Shown: positions 1 through 13,657 of the stretch, in pieces | Layout of the letters: each line of letters starts with the position of its first letter | Numbering within the stretch: the stretch's first letter is position 1 | From: Phoronis australis | Taxonomy: Eukaryota > Animalia > Phoronida | Assembly: GCA_002633005.1 (NCBI GenBank) | Contig: NMRA01000749.1 | Span: 62,001 to 126,000 of the forward strand | Direction: 5' to 3' | Length of the DNA: 64,000 nt | The notes under the pieces: model-generated | Seen by the model: only the letters and a program-made list of their open reading frames with translations | What the model was told of the DNA's origin: nothing | Databases searched by the model: none | Program-made: the position numbers and the translations under genes

Positions 1-451
1 GAAGAACAGAAAGCAAATTACATAACTGTCGAAAAATCAAACTCCCAGTGCAACAATAACAACCCCAATGAGGAAACCCGCGCCCTTTCATGAAACTTTA
101 TGAACATTTTCAAATTTATTTATCAGTAAAGCTTTGATACAATAAATCAGGCTGCTGATAGAAGACTTGTTATTCACCATTGTAACAGCACCAATGATAT
201 CAAGATTCAAGGCACTATGATAACATAGATGTATGTCGTCTAGACACATGAACTGTCTGTAAACAGAAACCTCCCTGGAACACAACTTGGCCTAAATTGT
301 ACCTACTATCAAAACATTACCTTTAGTAGTTGTGATGCCCAATGAAACAAAATGTAAAGGGAGTGTGAAATCCACTTGCAAAAATTCTGTTTTCGACAAT
401 AATCCTGATCTGCTGGTACCAGTCTAATTCATGAGCCCAATACAAACCACG

Positions 452-519
452 TCAGCATGCAGACGAGGCATTACTGCACGAGATTTGACTGCCGGAGTTC
501 GCTGAGGAACTAATACAAC
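452..519 (-). CDS. Speculative alternative terminal exon of the KLHL gene (G-CISSSANSGSQISCSNASSAC*)
   Basis: Pyrimidine-rich acceptor gtgcctcttgtccgcag|GT TGT ATT in phase 1, compatible with the BTB donor. Stop at 452-454; minus-strand AATAAA at 115-120. Confidence 0.2.
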
Positions 520-2231
520 CTGCGGACAAGAGGCACACGTAAATCACAGTAAAAGTAGATTGCCCCCATGTGTATTTATAAAAGGCGTTATTTAACACCA
601 GATTTCTAAATTTCGAGACTTCAGGTTTTCGTGATGGATAAGCATATGGAACAGAGGATGTTATATTGATAATACAGATCAGTTTTGTATGGCATTCAAG
701 CATGATTTTCTATGGTCAGCTGTAAAATTTGTGCAGAAAAGTTAAACTGAAATCAACATTAATCAGTGTGCACTTTATAACCAACATACTGTACACAGAA
801 GTACCACAACTAATAAACAAGTTCCAAGATGGAGGATGAGACAGAGAGGTGTTATCCTTGGGAAGGACTCCCATCAATCGTTGTCACGGGAACGCATTTT
901 TCTGTTTACCCAGGTATGGACCTTTCTATGTGCCATTCAAAGGAGGCTGCCAATCAGTGATTACCCGACTTGTTTCCATGGGGTGCTGAAAACATCAAGT
1001 ATCCCAATGGTGTTCAGCACTTGCGGAAAGGGAGATAACTCTATTACAGAGTGGGAATGGAATTCTATTGCACTGGAATGAATTTTCAACTTGTACCGAC
1101 ACCCCACTACTGATTATGTGGAACAGACCCCCTTTCTTCAAAGTCAGATCTAAAACAAATACAAATTCTACAGGACTACCCCAGCAACACCTCAACAGCA
1201 GAACCCTCTCCCCACCTCCCCACCTCCCCACTCCCCACACAATCCACAACATCCAGTGACATTTTGCAAAAATTTTGCAAACTTCAGTTGACATTATCTC
1301 TGCTGCAGCTATGGGTGTTCTTATGAAACCTAACGAGGGCTAATTAAAACTGACATCAGCACTGCCACATGCAGCAGTTATGACCAGCACACAGCAGATA
1401 TGTATACTGTGCCTATCTATCTTGTAATCAAATACATGACACTAATTTTAATTAGCGGATGGCATTTACGATGCCCTGGAAAGATGTTCCTTGACAAGCA
1501 TTAATAACTACTTGCGAAATTTTAATCATCGCTTGTTATTTAAGATGGCTGAAGATAACAGGCAATTGAAAGTATTATGGCGTTGTAAACAGAAACTCTT
1601 CCAATTAGACATCGAGAGCATAAGCTCTGAGTAATGCTAAAACCATATCACAGCTGTGAAGTTCAAATCACTGTAAAATCTCACTAATTTAATAAACTAA
1701 GTGGAAGACAAATGTAATTTATTTTTATAAAAGATAGCATAAAATAATAATAAAAAATGCCATACCAGAGGTAAGTTCTATATCATACTGTCAAACAATA
1801 TTTTGAGAAATTGCAAGCATTCGTAACAAGGTCAGAAGCCTTTGAAAAATCAATTTTGGCATTTTGCCTATAATTTTTGTTTGAGATTAATGAGAATTTA
1901 CCATAGCAGAAAATAACGACTCATTCAATGATAGGTAAATCACCATTCCATCGCAACATTCACTCAACTCAAGATGAGTCACAACAGCAGACTACTATTC
2001 AGCACAAATACAAGTTAGATTTATGTAATAATTTTTTATCAACTATGTAAACAAGATACATATTGGAAAACAATGACACATCGCAGATCACATCCTCATT
2101 TTCCAACACAGCTTTTGATGTCTGCAACCATCAGTTGCTAGGTGAACAGTCTGGGTTGGGTTGCTTTTAAAAACTCTATATATCTTAATGGCTGGTTCAG
2201 TTAGTTATATGATGTCATCAGAACAGCTCAG

Positions 2232-2314
2232 CATGGACAACATACCTGTTACAGGCAATACCAGTCAATAACATGGACAACATACCTGTTACAGGCAATA
2301 CCAGTCAATAACAT
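2232..2314. repeat. 40-bp tandem duplication
   Basis: catggacaacatacctgttacaggcaataccagtcaataa x2. Confidence 0.9.
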
Positions 2315-2536
2315 TTAACCACATGGAGCCTGTTTAATTGAACTGGCTAACTTTACAACATTTTTTTACAGACAGTCCAGAGGGAGAGTTATGCCAAAAC
2401 TTACGACTAGCTTAAGTTTAGACTCAATGAAACAGGCCCTCGGGTCCTCAAGTTTGAGGCAGCCAAGGCATGCACGGGTTAATCTTGACACACTGCAAAC
2501 AGATATGGGTCAAAGGCACAAGCAATACATAAGTGA

Positions 2537-2934
2537 AGTCTATACACAGACTTGCCCTGGAACAAGTTACTCCTGGAACGAGTTGTCCCTAAGTTTGGAG
2601 GCTGTGTGGACGCTATTTTAACTAGTGCAACTTACCCCACTTGTGACAACTTGATCCACATTACGGAGGTGGGGTAACTTGTTCTAGGGTAATATGGCTC
2701 ACTTCTAATTCCTGTGTGGCCGCAAACATGGGGAAGGCAGAAGTAGTTTCCAGCTGCGGTCACATAAAGTTTTCTCTTGCGCGCGGTATTTGCATTAAGG
2801 GTTCATTGTCACGAATAGAGCGACAACTTTGCCTTACCCTAGTTATAGGATATGTGTGAGGACGCTCCACTTAAAAGTGGGGTAAGTTGAAATAGTGCAA
2901 CTTGTTCTAGGGCAGGTTATGTGTGGACAAGACT
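2537..2934. mobile_element. MITE family B, copy 1
   Basis: Imperfect ~35-bp TIRs (agtc..acacag.cttgccctggaacaagtt / aacttgttctagggcaggttatgtgtggacaagact); internal gtgtggacgct repeats. Confidence 0.7.
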
Positions 2935-5077
2935 ATAGAAACTACGGGAAGGCTAGAAATCTTCAGTGACAAAATGTTTTGTGCAAGTACCGATGAGCAC
3001 TATCACAAAGCAAAAATTTGACGGGAGTGGCTATGGAAAGTATAATCGAGATAATCCACCCGTCTTAACATTTAGAGATGAATATGACAAAAAGAAGGAG
3101 CAAAATGATCAGGATTCACTGATGATTACTCAAAACACATCAACTAACAGCCACTGCACTGTCAATTTGCACTGTGTCAAAATCTGTTCGCATGACACTT
3201 TACCCTCATGTAAAAAGCGTTATGTAAACAGCGTACTAGACACTATGTGGTTGACCAGGTATAGAATAACCCAGAAACGCATCATGAGCGAGGATTCCAA
3301 CTGTTGCAGTATCTTAGTCACTAGGTACAGCAGCCCACATCAACAGTGAGCTTAGACGGTGATTAAGAGACTGGGAATTCTGGTGTGGCCGAGGGTTCAA
3401 ACCAGACGCAAATGCTCAAACCACTTCTATTCTTCAAAACAGACACTGAACATGCTTACCCTTCTGGTAGAATGGTCAGGAACCATTAAGTAAAAAAAAC
3501 ACTGTTGCTTCACCAGAGTGAATCATTTCACACCATGCGATTGTTATCTCGCATCAGGGATCTCCAAAAAACTGTTTACTGCCACCAGTTAATTCCAAAA
3601 CAAAACACAAATTTGGTACTTTGGTTAAGTTTTATCAATTTTGAACAAAGGTATCACGGTAACATATTAATTTGATTACGAAAAAAATGAGAAAAATTAA
3701 AATAAAATTTCCTCTCACTGCCATATTGTGCACTAAGCTAGAGAGCCTTTACAAAAACAAGTGGTATTACTGTGGTTATTTATAGTGACACTATACTGCA
3801 TGTCATTCAGTCCACCAGATCGGTCTTAGGTGCAAGTATACATAAGTTGTAATTAATTCATGTAGTTTGTATGAATTGTGTGAGAAACATCAAGCCCCAT
3901 TAATTAATTACACCGGGTGACTGATACAGACGCATAAACACGACCAAGTGCACAGAGTGGAATGAACTCTGTCTACAAATAAATAATGATGAAGTATTTG
4001 GGAAACCAGTTGATAAAAATGTTGCATACGGGATAAAAAGGATAAAAATGATAATTATATTGAATCTCACTGCATTTTCGACTTCACAACATCACCACCC
4101 AGACAGTGAATCTGATTATGTTTATCCATCTCAACTCCCCCCAGTGAACAAGACATACAGGGGAGATATGGAGTGGAGGCGGTGCCAGCCCTTACGGAGA
4201 AATCTCAACAATTTGGGACAAATATAATTGTCAAAAGTGATCTTTTTTCATTTTTACAAGACCACTAAAATTGTGAAAGCACACAATTTCTCAAAACATT
4301 GTCCGATGGATGCCTCAGTGCATCATATTGCTGTACCATTAGGCCCATGGGCGCCTGTGTGGGACTGCGCTTGCATGCGAACCACTTGGGAAAAAAAGGC
4401 CGTGAAAAAAGGCACTGTTTTGGATATAAGCGTATGGGCCTAAAAACGTGGCAATACGGTAGAACTATAAAATGCTTAAGGCATATACTGAATGCCATTT
4501 ATATGAAAAATAAAGACTTCATTTTCACCATAATGTGTCCTATATAGGTGAACAACTGTCACTACCTTAGCCCAGTGCTTGACAAAAATGGGCTGGTGGT
4601 TGTATTCCAACCTCCACATACAATAATTCACCAGTTTAGAGTATAATATGGATGTTAAGTGAACCATTCTGTTCTTGTTTTTTCCTCACTAATAAATAAC
4701 TAATCAATGTAACGCTGTAGCAATTCCTTGTTCTGCACTGTAACTACCACCAGACAACTTTATGGTTAATAATTAATAATTATGAACATTCTCAACAATG
4801 ATTTACACCTATAAAAATGAAAAAGGACAGCTTTGATATTAATTTTTGTTTGACATTTGTGAGAAATTTACACATGTAGTACAGTGTTAAGGGCAAGGGC
4901 TGAACTGCAACATCACAAGCCTTTTCTGACCCAAGACTCCTAGCGCCATCTGGCAGTATAGCAAAGTACCTTTATTTTGCAATGGGAGACAGAACTAGGA
5001 AATGTTAAATACCGTCTGAGGAGACCAGAGACATCGTCAATGGCGTAAGTAAAAAACTAAATTATGAAGGAGTTCAT

Positions 5078-5123
5078 GTATTTACCTGTGTACATGTAAT
5101 GTATTTACCTGTGTACATGTAAT
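5078..5123. repeat. 23-bp tandem duplication spanning the BTB exon donor site
   Basis: gtatttacctgtgtacatgtaat x2. Confidence 0.9.
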
Positions 5124-5449
5124 GTACAAGTGCTGCAACAGCATTGGCATCTATGTCCTGCATGACAATCTCAGTTTGTGTCGCTTCGCGAACATCACTT
5201 GTAAACATGGCTGAGAAATAGTCCGAGGCAGCACTGAGGATCAGTTTGTGTGCAGGGATCTTGCGGTCGCCCACGATGAGCGTCACATCACAGAGTGTCC
5301 GTTTACCAAGATAGCACTCCATTTTTTTCATCATACGCTCGCAGTGGTTTATTGAACGGTAGAACTCGTCGGAGCTCTCCTCCATTCTGTTGTTGTTGCC
5401 GCCACCGCCGTTACCGTGGTAACTGCTGAAACTGTGGTGCACCAGATAC
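5109..5449 (-). CDS. KLHL5: Kelch-like protein (KLHL1/4/5 subfamily), BTB/POZ-domain exon
   Basis: Translation (R)[114 protein letters not shown] matches the KLHL1/4/5 BTB signature (SDEF...H.E...KME.YL....LCDV...AH.L.LS..SDYF.AMFTSDV). Acceptor tcattcatag|G (phase 2) with a ctaat branch-like motif upstream; donor ACAG|gtaaat (phase 1). The symbol stands for the KLHL1/4/5 co-orthologue. BACK and kelch exons lie outside the window. Confidence 0.93.
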
Positions 5450-5515
5450 CTATGAATGACGACATAAACGCATTAGAAAATAGCAGAAAAATCACGATGT
5501 CAAGAACAAAACCCC

Positions 5516-5587
5516 TGTGATAGGGACATCCACTCACCTGCAGACAGTACTTGTGATAGGGACATCCACTCACCTGCAGACAGTACT
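5516..5587. repeat. 36-bp tandem duplication containing a minus-strand CAG|GTGAGT donor consensus
   Basis: tgtgatagggacatccactcacctgcagacagtact x2. Confidence 0.9.
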
Positions 5588-5817
5588 TTTGCCCAATTCA
5601 AGAGATTGATATGACCACAAACAGACCAAAGTGCAGATGCAATTTTGTTTACCCACTGCACATGTTATCCTTCAGTTTATGAACTATATGAACTAACCCA
5701 CATATTATGTAACCGCTAATGATTAAAAGGTAAGAAGAGGAGGAATTTGTTAAGATGAATTAAGAAATCAATGATTGTGAACGGATTGTATCACTTGACG
5801 TAACAACCGCCACAGTT

Positions 5818-8028
5818 CCTCAACTGTTGGCCACTATATATAGAGTTCACACATATACTACAGGGAAGAGTATTGGTCTATAGAATATTGAGCGATGAAC
5901 TCGAATAAACAGAATATGCATTAAGCTAGTATTTGGTGAAGATGAATGACTATTTGAAATTAAGACAGAGCTGGTCCTATATTTGATAATGCATGAGTGA
6001 CAAGCTTCATTCCGAGGAGCTCAACCAAACAACAGAAAGGTTTGATGAGACTTCCATACTCCAACACCATTGTTGAGCATCAAACCCCAAATCCTAGCTA
6101 TAGATAAGATATCAGTTTTCACGAATATTACTTCTGATACGCTTCTGAAAACTTGGCAAAACATAGAATTGCTATGCTGAGTTAATGTCTCGGTGCAATA
6201 TAGGTCTGCTACCAGGCGCATGGCCAATGAAGTCAGCATTGTGTTGAGGGGGCAGGAAGTTCTTGTATTACAGAGTTTCCAACAGCTGTTAAGGCATTTA
6301 AGAAATGGTACCATGCCATAACACTATTGTTACCTTGGTTACCAGGGATTACCAAAACATAGGGGCCAAGTGAAGTCAACCACGAAGGGAAACAGTTGCA
6401 GAAATCAACTCAGCATCAAAGCCAAGAAAACCAGACCAATAATTAAACCATGTCCATCTGGCTGCAGTACCAGACTGTGATGCAATGTCCAGTTCTTCAG
6501 CACTTAAACCCCTATAATATTGTAGTGTTCACTGCTTTACACACCAGAAACAGGGCAGCCTTTACCGTCAATAAGCTGCTTTTACAAGAGAGACAGTAGT
6601 CACGGTGATGTAACAGTGACAGTAGCCACGGTGACAGTGGTCACGGTGTCAGTGGTCACGGTGACAGTTGTCACGGTGTCACTTGTCATGGTGTCAGTAG
6701 TCATGGTATCAGTAGTCATGGCACGAATTGCTCCACTTCAGTCGCATTTACACTTTACACGACATTAGATTGTAAATTGGACTAGCATGAGTCACTTACA
6801 CGAAGACTGTCTGTGCATGCTCTCACAAACAATAGGGAATGTCCAAACCAAGTGGAATGTCAGCAGATCAACCTAATATACGCCATTGCGCAAGCACATT
6901 GAAAGATGATCCCTTTCCACCCNCCTCAACTGTACACCACTATATGTAGAGTTCACACATTTACTACAGGGAAGAGTATTGGTCTATAGAATATTGAGCG
7001 ATGAACTCGAATAAACAGAATATGCATCAAGCTAGTATTTGGTGAAGATGAACGACTATTTGAAATTAAGACAGAGTTGGTCCTATATTTGATAATGCAC
7101 GAGTGACAAGCTTCATTCCGAGGAGCTCAACTAAACAAGAGAAAGGTTTGATGAGACTTCCATACTTCAACACCATTTTTGAACATCAAACCCCAAATCC
7201 TAGCTATAGATAAGATATCAGTTTTCACTAACATTACTTCTGAAACGCTTCTGAAAACTTGGCAAAACATAGAATTGCTATGCTGAGTTAATGTTTCAGT
7301 GCAATATAGGTCTGCTACCAGGCGCATGGCCAATGAAGTCAGCATTGTGTTGAGGGTGCAGGAAGTTCTTGTATTACAAAGTTTCCAGCAGCTGTTAAGG
7401 CATTTAAGAAATGGTACCATGCCATAACACTAATGTTACCTTGGTTACCAGGGATTACCAAAACATAGGGGCCAAGTGAAGTCAACCACGAAGGGAAACA
7501 GTTGCAGAAATCAACTCAGCATCAAAGCCAAGAAAACCAGACCAATAATTAAACCATGTCCATCTGGCTGCAGTACCAGACTGTGATGCAATGTCCAGTT
7601 CTTCAGCACTTAAACCCCTATAATATTGTAGTGTTCACTGCTTTACACACCAGAAACAGGGCAGCCTTTACCGTCAATAAGCTGCTTTTACAAGAGAGAC
7701 AGTAGTCACGGTGATGTAACAGTGACAGTAGCCACGGTGACAGTGGTCACGGTGTCAGTGGTCACGGTGACAGTTGTCACGGTGTCACTTGTCATGGTGT
7801 CAGTAGTCATGGTATCAGTAGTCATGGCACGAATTGCTCCACTTCAGTCGCATTTACACTTTACACGACATTAGATTGTAAATTGGACTAGCATGAGTCA
7901 CTTACACGAAGACTGTCTGTGCATGCTCTCACAAACAATAGGGAATGTCCAAACCAAGTGGAATGTCAGCAGATCAACCTAATATACGCCATTGCGCAAG
8001 CACATTGAAAGATGATCCCTTTCCACCC
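5818..8028. repeat. 1106-bp tandem near-duplication split by a single N (6923)
   Basis: 5818-6922 vs 6924-8028; SNPs cluster in the first ~520 bp and the remainder looks identical. Each copy includes a 14-bp gtcacggtgacagt-type microrepeat. Confidence 0.95.
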
Positions 8029-8798
8029 CTACCCCAGTTGTGTTTAGACGTGTAGTTGAAACTGGAGCTATTGACCGAGTGCAACTCGCTCTACTTGTCA
8101 AACTGGTGTCGAAAATGGCCGCCGCTAGCCTTGTTGTCAACTTATTCAGCCATGTTTACAGACATACTTGCACCAGATCAGCTGTTCTGTGTCGGTTGCT
8201 CCGTGACAGCTGTGTGACTGTCAGCTTTAAATGCAACTTGACAAGTTTAGTGGACAAACCAAATGGTTCTTCAGGTATTTTTAAGTCTATTATTAGCATG
8301 GTTTGTACTGTGTAGACCTCATAAAACAACATTAGGTAAAGTTTCCATTAACTGTGACAAGGCAATCAGCCTGAACACGAGCAATATTGGCAATAAATAT
8401 AACGCAAAATAGGCAAGAATTACCGTTATGGTAGTCTGTGAACAATGACCAGGTCACTAGAAACAAGCAGCCGTAGTGGTCTGATAAGAAAATTAATTAC
8501 CAACACGATAGGCAAGAACAGTAATGGTACCAAATCAACACTGCAACAGTCTTCCATATATTTTCTGCCCCTCCTAGACGAATCGCAGCTTCTTTCCTAC
8601 TCAAATTTTGAGATGTCTCTTTTGGTGTGAACAACAGTGGCAATTAGACAACTTGATGACCACAAACCTAAGTAAACATCTGACAGCATTAATTCGATAC
8701 AAGAAGGCAAAACGCTATGCCCAAAGTACCCTCATGCCATCTATTCATTTCATCATGTCGTCGCTACATTGGCACATGGGTATTGACAGCCCACCTAC

Positions 8799-8839
8799 CT
8801 CGCTGCTGCCGACCGTCGCCGTGGAAGCGTCATGGACAT
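8799..8839 (-). CDS. Candidate alternative first coding exon of the KLHL gene (MSMTLPRRRSAAA-R)
   Basis: Kozak-like agcaccATGt, GC/CpG-rich codons, strong donor GCGAG|gtaggt, phase 2 (41 nt). Confidence 0.5.
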
Positions 8840-11800
8840 GGTGCTTCTATTGTTGAAACCTTGCTCAAGAGATAACCAACACGTCCAGAAATCCACGAAT
8901 GAGGTATTCTCAAGCCTGAGGTAATCTTCAGTCCGATCTACACTTTTGAACTCAATAAGAAGCTTATAGTATTAACTATACCAGCTAAAATTTCTCAACC
9001 AACTAAAGGCAACCCTGTCAGATGTTTCTTTCAACTCATAGATGTTAAAGATTTTAAATTGTTCCTGCCAATTCAACTTCTTAGGACAGCTTTTGACAAG
9101 TTAATACCAATGAGAGTATTTTCAGAGCCTGAGATCTTCCGGGTAAGTATTCACCGGAACAATCATGGAGATCACCTTAACACAACAAGCATCAACCGGG
9201 ATAGACTCAAATCTCAGATAGCGTGTACAATAGTTCATTATGAGTCGCATCAGCAAATCAGCACAAGTTACGTGTCCAACACCTCGGAATGGGCCACAAA
9301 TCCAGCAGCTCAGATAGTGCGAAATGAGTCAAACAGCTCAGAATGAGTCCAGCAGCTCAAAATGAGTCCAACAGCTCGGGATAATCAATTTGAGTCCAAC
9401 GGGTCAGAATGAGGAATGAGTCCAGCAGCTCACTTGAACTATGAGTCCTAACTCTGAGTCTTAAATCACCCAACATCCGTCTCAACTCACTGAGGACAGT
9501 CTGACAATGAGTAAACAGTGGAACAATGACTGAACCGTCCAAGCTCATCCTTCCAAATGTCTTGTGTACAGACTCTAACAGTGCAGCCCATCAGTCTCTA
9601 CATAACTAACTAGAACAGATGTTCAAAACAGACTGTACAGTATGTCAAGGCTGACAGCTGATAGCAACACAGATCAACTAAAGGCTATTAGTGTTAATCT
9701 TGCCTCTGGCCAGTGGAGTGGACTGGCTGTGTTTAGGCTACTAATGACAGATCAGAGAGCATCACTTCTGGAATTTTATCATGAGCAGGACACCCCAGGT
9801 AACCACGCGTCCAAGTTAAGAAAACACATATCAAGTTAAGCTAATCAAACAACAAATCATTAAAAGTGAAATGACTTTCACGATAATAAATGTAATTAGG
9901 CCATAGTTGCTCAGTGATCTGTTTTCTGGCTTCGTAGTGCATCAAAAAACATTAATTCACAAACAACCTTATGACCAAGTGCATCACCTCGGTTCTATTT
10001 TCTTACTGGTAGGAACAGTATGACTAATTAAATAACCTTGGCAAATAAACGTTCAATTCCAGAGTTCACTTAAAACAAGAACCCCTCGAATGCTCCATTT
10101 GACTGATTGAGGGTGTAAAATATTCTTTAATTGGTCAAGTCATTAAATGGTGTTCAGGAATCTATAATCTTCAACCACAAATGTCACTTGACTGTAAAAC
10201 ACAGATGGTCATCTGCTTGCTGGGGTAATAAGTGCTAACACGTGTTGGCATAGAGATTTTGCATCTTAAACGGACACATACCCAACTGTATGCTTACTTT
10301 TTTCTCGCACATGGGTCGCAAGACTATTCGTGCAACTCAGAGTTACTCAGGGCAATTTATACTTAACAAGTTCTATGGCAAAATAGTTTGTTTCATAATC
10401 AATTTAACACAAAACAATTAAGATCATTATCAGTTTCTAGTGAATAACCATCTGCCAGACAGGACAGCAGCTGCATTTGAATATTCACTTACATTAGTTA
10501 GACCACACTTGATCAGAATGGATTCAAAAACATGTCAAAACGTAAACACAGCATTCCGCTAACACCAACTCACACACGGTGCTCTGCCACGTTTGAAACG
10601 GTTTGAAAAATGTTTGAAAAATTCTGAGCGATGTTTCAAAAGCTTTGAGCTACCACGATTGTTTAAAATATTGAGCCATGTCTGAAAAGCTGAGTTTTGT
10701 TTATAAGATTTACAATACAAATGATTGAAATTAAGTTGCCAAGAGATACTTGTATTATTTTGCTGTGAAAAAGATAGTAACGCGCTAAGCAAGTGAAAAT
10801 ATTATGTAACCGAGGTCGCTTCCGTGAATTAAGGTAAAACCTTGATAATTTCAGCCAAAATTAATTACCAAAAATGTCCTTTTTCATTTTTCACAGGCTT
10901 CTAACATAGTTGAAAATGTCGACAAGTTTTCAAAACTTTGTCTGAGGCCAGCTATGGTACAAGCTGTTTAATTTGGTGCAACATATACTTCAAAGAAAAA
11001 GTGATCAATCAAAAATTCACGTGTCGCCCGCACAGCGTCCTAAATTCGTGGGACTTTACTGTAACACTAGAAAGGAGGATTATGACACAGAAAACGTGCC
11101 GCATAATTCATACACCATGTTTGAATTGATGCTAAGTGAAAACACAGTAGTTCAGTAATATGTGGCTATCTGCCACTTAAGTGGCACTTAAGTGACCGTT
11201 TCAGCATTTAGGGGAGCACTGCCAATCAGCTGAGGTAGCAAGAAGGTTAACAAAGTTGTACCACAAAGCAGGAATAAAATTCAAAGAGCAGCAAAAACCT
11301 GAAACCACTCAGACTGCAGACAGTGAAACAGGAGATCCAAAGCATGTCAATATTTACAACCCTATCCCAGACATGTAGACTCACACAAGCAACAAACACA
11401 TCGCTACTTGAAAAACGTTTACCTCTGATATCTGAAATCACAAACAGTCATATTTAACATCTCTGAGACCCCAAACAAGCAAACAGCAACCCTTTACATT
11501 ACGAAAGAACTCCTAACTACAGACAATAAGATCACTCCATGATCTACCAGCACAAATAAAACAAGAGAACTCGCTTACATTTTAACTTCTTGTTCAGTCC
11601 AACTCCATAAGATATTATGAAGTCCTACAACTGCAGTGGAAAACCATGCAGCTGTTGCTCTGATAACAAATCACATCCTACTATGGCGACCAAACTCCAT
11701 AACAGCTATAAAAGTATCAACGCAATATCACTGGAGCACAGTAAAGGTTGAGCATTTAGCTTGTTGAAATGTGTGGTTATAATTATTACACATGTGTGAA

Positions 11801-13619
11801 ACACTCCTCACTAGACAGTTGAAAAAACGCCTGAAATGGTCTCTTGCCACAACACTATACACAGATGTCAATGAAATCCATGTTGGATTGTGCTGCGAGC
11901 CAAATGAATCAAAACACAGTTCAAGCATGGATGAAACGCGTGTAGAGTTTCTATTGTTGACTTAAATCTGGCGACTTGATAACACGATAAGATTTGACGG
12001 ATACATAATTATAAAGGCGCATTTCATTGACGGTAAAAATAGATGTTAAAGGTACAGTTCATCCAGTTTAAGTGGCTAAAAACAAAAATAGAATTAAGGC
12101 CTTTTACTCTCATCAGTTGGACTCGTAATATTACTTACTGTGAATAGATTCTATTTCTGTTCTTAACAAGAACATCGAAAACCAATCATTGACTAAAGAA
12201 AACTCACCAGAGTCTAATGAGATAGGACAACCCTAAAACAGTGGATTCGAAAAATGGCGTATGTATGCATTGCCAGTGACTTGAGTGGCTCGACTCATTG
12301 ACTCATTCGGAAACAATTCCAAGATAGGATGACCTTGGTAATGATTATAGGCCCCAAAGCACACTGCCACAGATAAACAATGGCGAAATGCTTTAAAATC
12401 TATTTTTCTCATCAATGAAGTGTTCTCAGGACTAGAAGTCACCAGGGTTTGATAGCAAATACAACCCACTGATGAAAGCTTTGAGACGATATTTAACAGG
12501 AAACACATAAGTTCATATTTTAGGTGGCTTTATTGTTGCCATACGTACGTACACTGCTACAACAAATCATATTTAAATACGGAAGTCATTATTTTTATGT
12601 TCGCATATCACCCCAACATTACATATTGCATAAATTATTGTTAAAATAAACGTTTCTTGATATTTATGTCATTACACTATTACAATTATTACATGCGCAT
12701 TCAACCTCAACAACAAACAGTGTAGTAACAGTTGCCGTCAGCCACTTCACTCTCACAACTAGTAGTATTGATCTCGGCCAAGTCACTGAGGAAATGTTGC
12801 AGGCTGATTAAGTCCAAGTCGTGAACAATAGTGATTAAAGGCAGAGTGTACCATGGACTGTCTTAAGATGATGAAAAGAAAGAAATTAAATGCGTATTAG
12901 CGTTACAGGAAAAGGCAAGAATGTGCCCATTATAACCGAGATAATTTGTGGGAGACTGCACAAAGGATCATGGGAATGGAGTAATACTAAAAGTGAAATA
13001 ATCCACAGCAATGCTGTGAGTCTCAGATCAGTCGTACTGGCAGTCTGACCCTTTGCTAGTAGTGCCGAAAGCCACTATGGCAAGAAGCCTGTATTTTAAG
13101 GGTATTTAACAGATGTCACTGGTCTCAGTTTCTGTCAATTCTACTCAGTGAGTGGAAGCCAGCCTCAGGAATCGGAGACTTCTTGTAAAATCACAAAAAT
13201 AAAAGATTTTGCAGTTTTATAGCCCTGATTAAAAGCTAATAAAAGAAACTTGAAGAAGTGTATCCTACAAACGACTTGTCCCAAAAGTATATTTATTGAC
13301 CGTGTCACAAAATTATGATGTAACATGATCGGGAGGGGAAGAAACGGGCAACTTTGGTAAAAAACATGCTGTAATGCAATACTGTCTACGGGGTTGCACA
13401 ACGCTGAGTATGTAAGTTCCTATTCGAGATTGTACAGGGAACGATCTCAGTGTGACTAGCCCCCGACCACTCAACAGAATCGTCAGAACTCATCTCACTT
13501 ATTCATACATATTCTGCTTACAATCAAATCAAAGAATTAGCAATATGCACCAAATATGCAAATCTAAAAACTCAAACCATGCAATAAGCATAGATGTCAA
13601 GAGATGTGTAGCAACTTAC

Positions 13620-13657
13620 ATTTTGCGGAACTCCTCAAGAAACATTCGTGAATTCAT
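13620..13657 (-). CDS. Weak candidate alternative first exon (MNSRMFLEEFRK-M)
   Basis: ATG ... AAA AT|gtaagt, phase 2. Could be chance. Confidence 0.22.

Noticed and set aside
2966-3349. 127-aa plus-strand ORF
   Set aside because: Non-ATG start, no domain similarity, antisense within the KLHL intron.
6021-7420. Paired 97-aa ORFs suggesting a duplicated gene
   Set aside because: No recognisable domain; they result from the single-N duplication.
8035-8160. Stop-free stretch ending in a phase-2 GG|gtaggg donor
   Set aside because: In-frame stop upstream and no ATG; at most non-coding.
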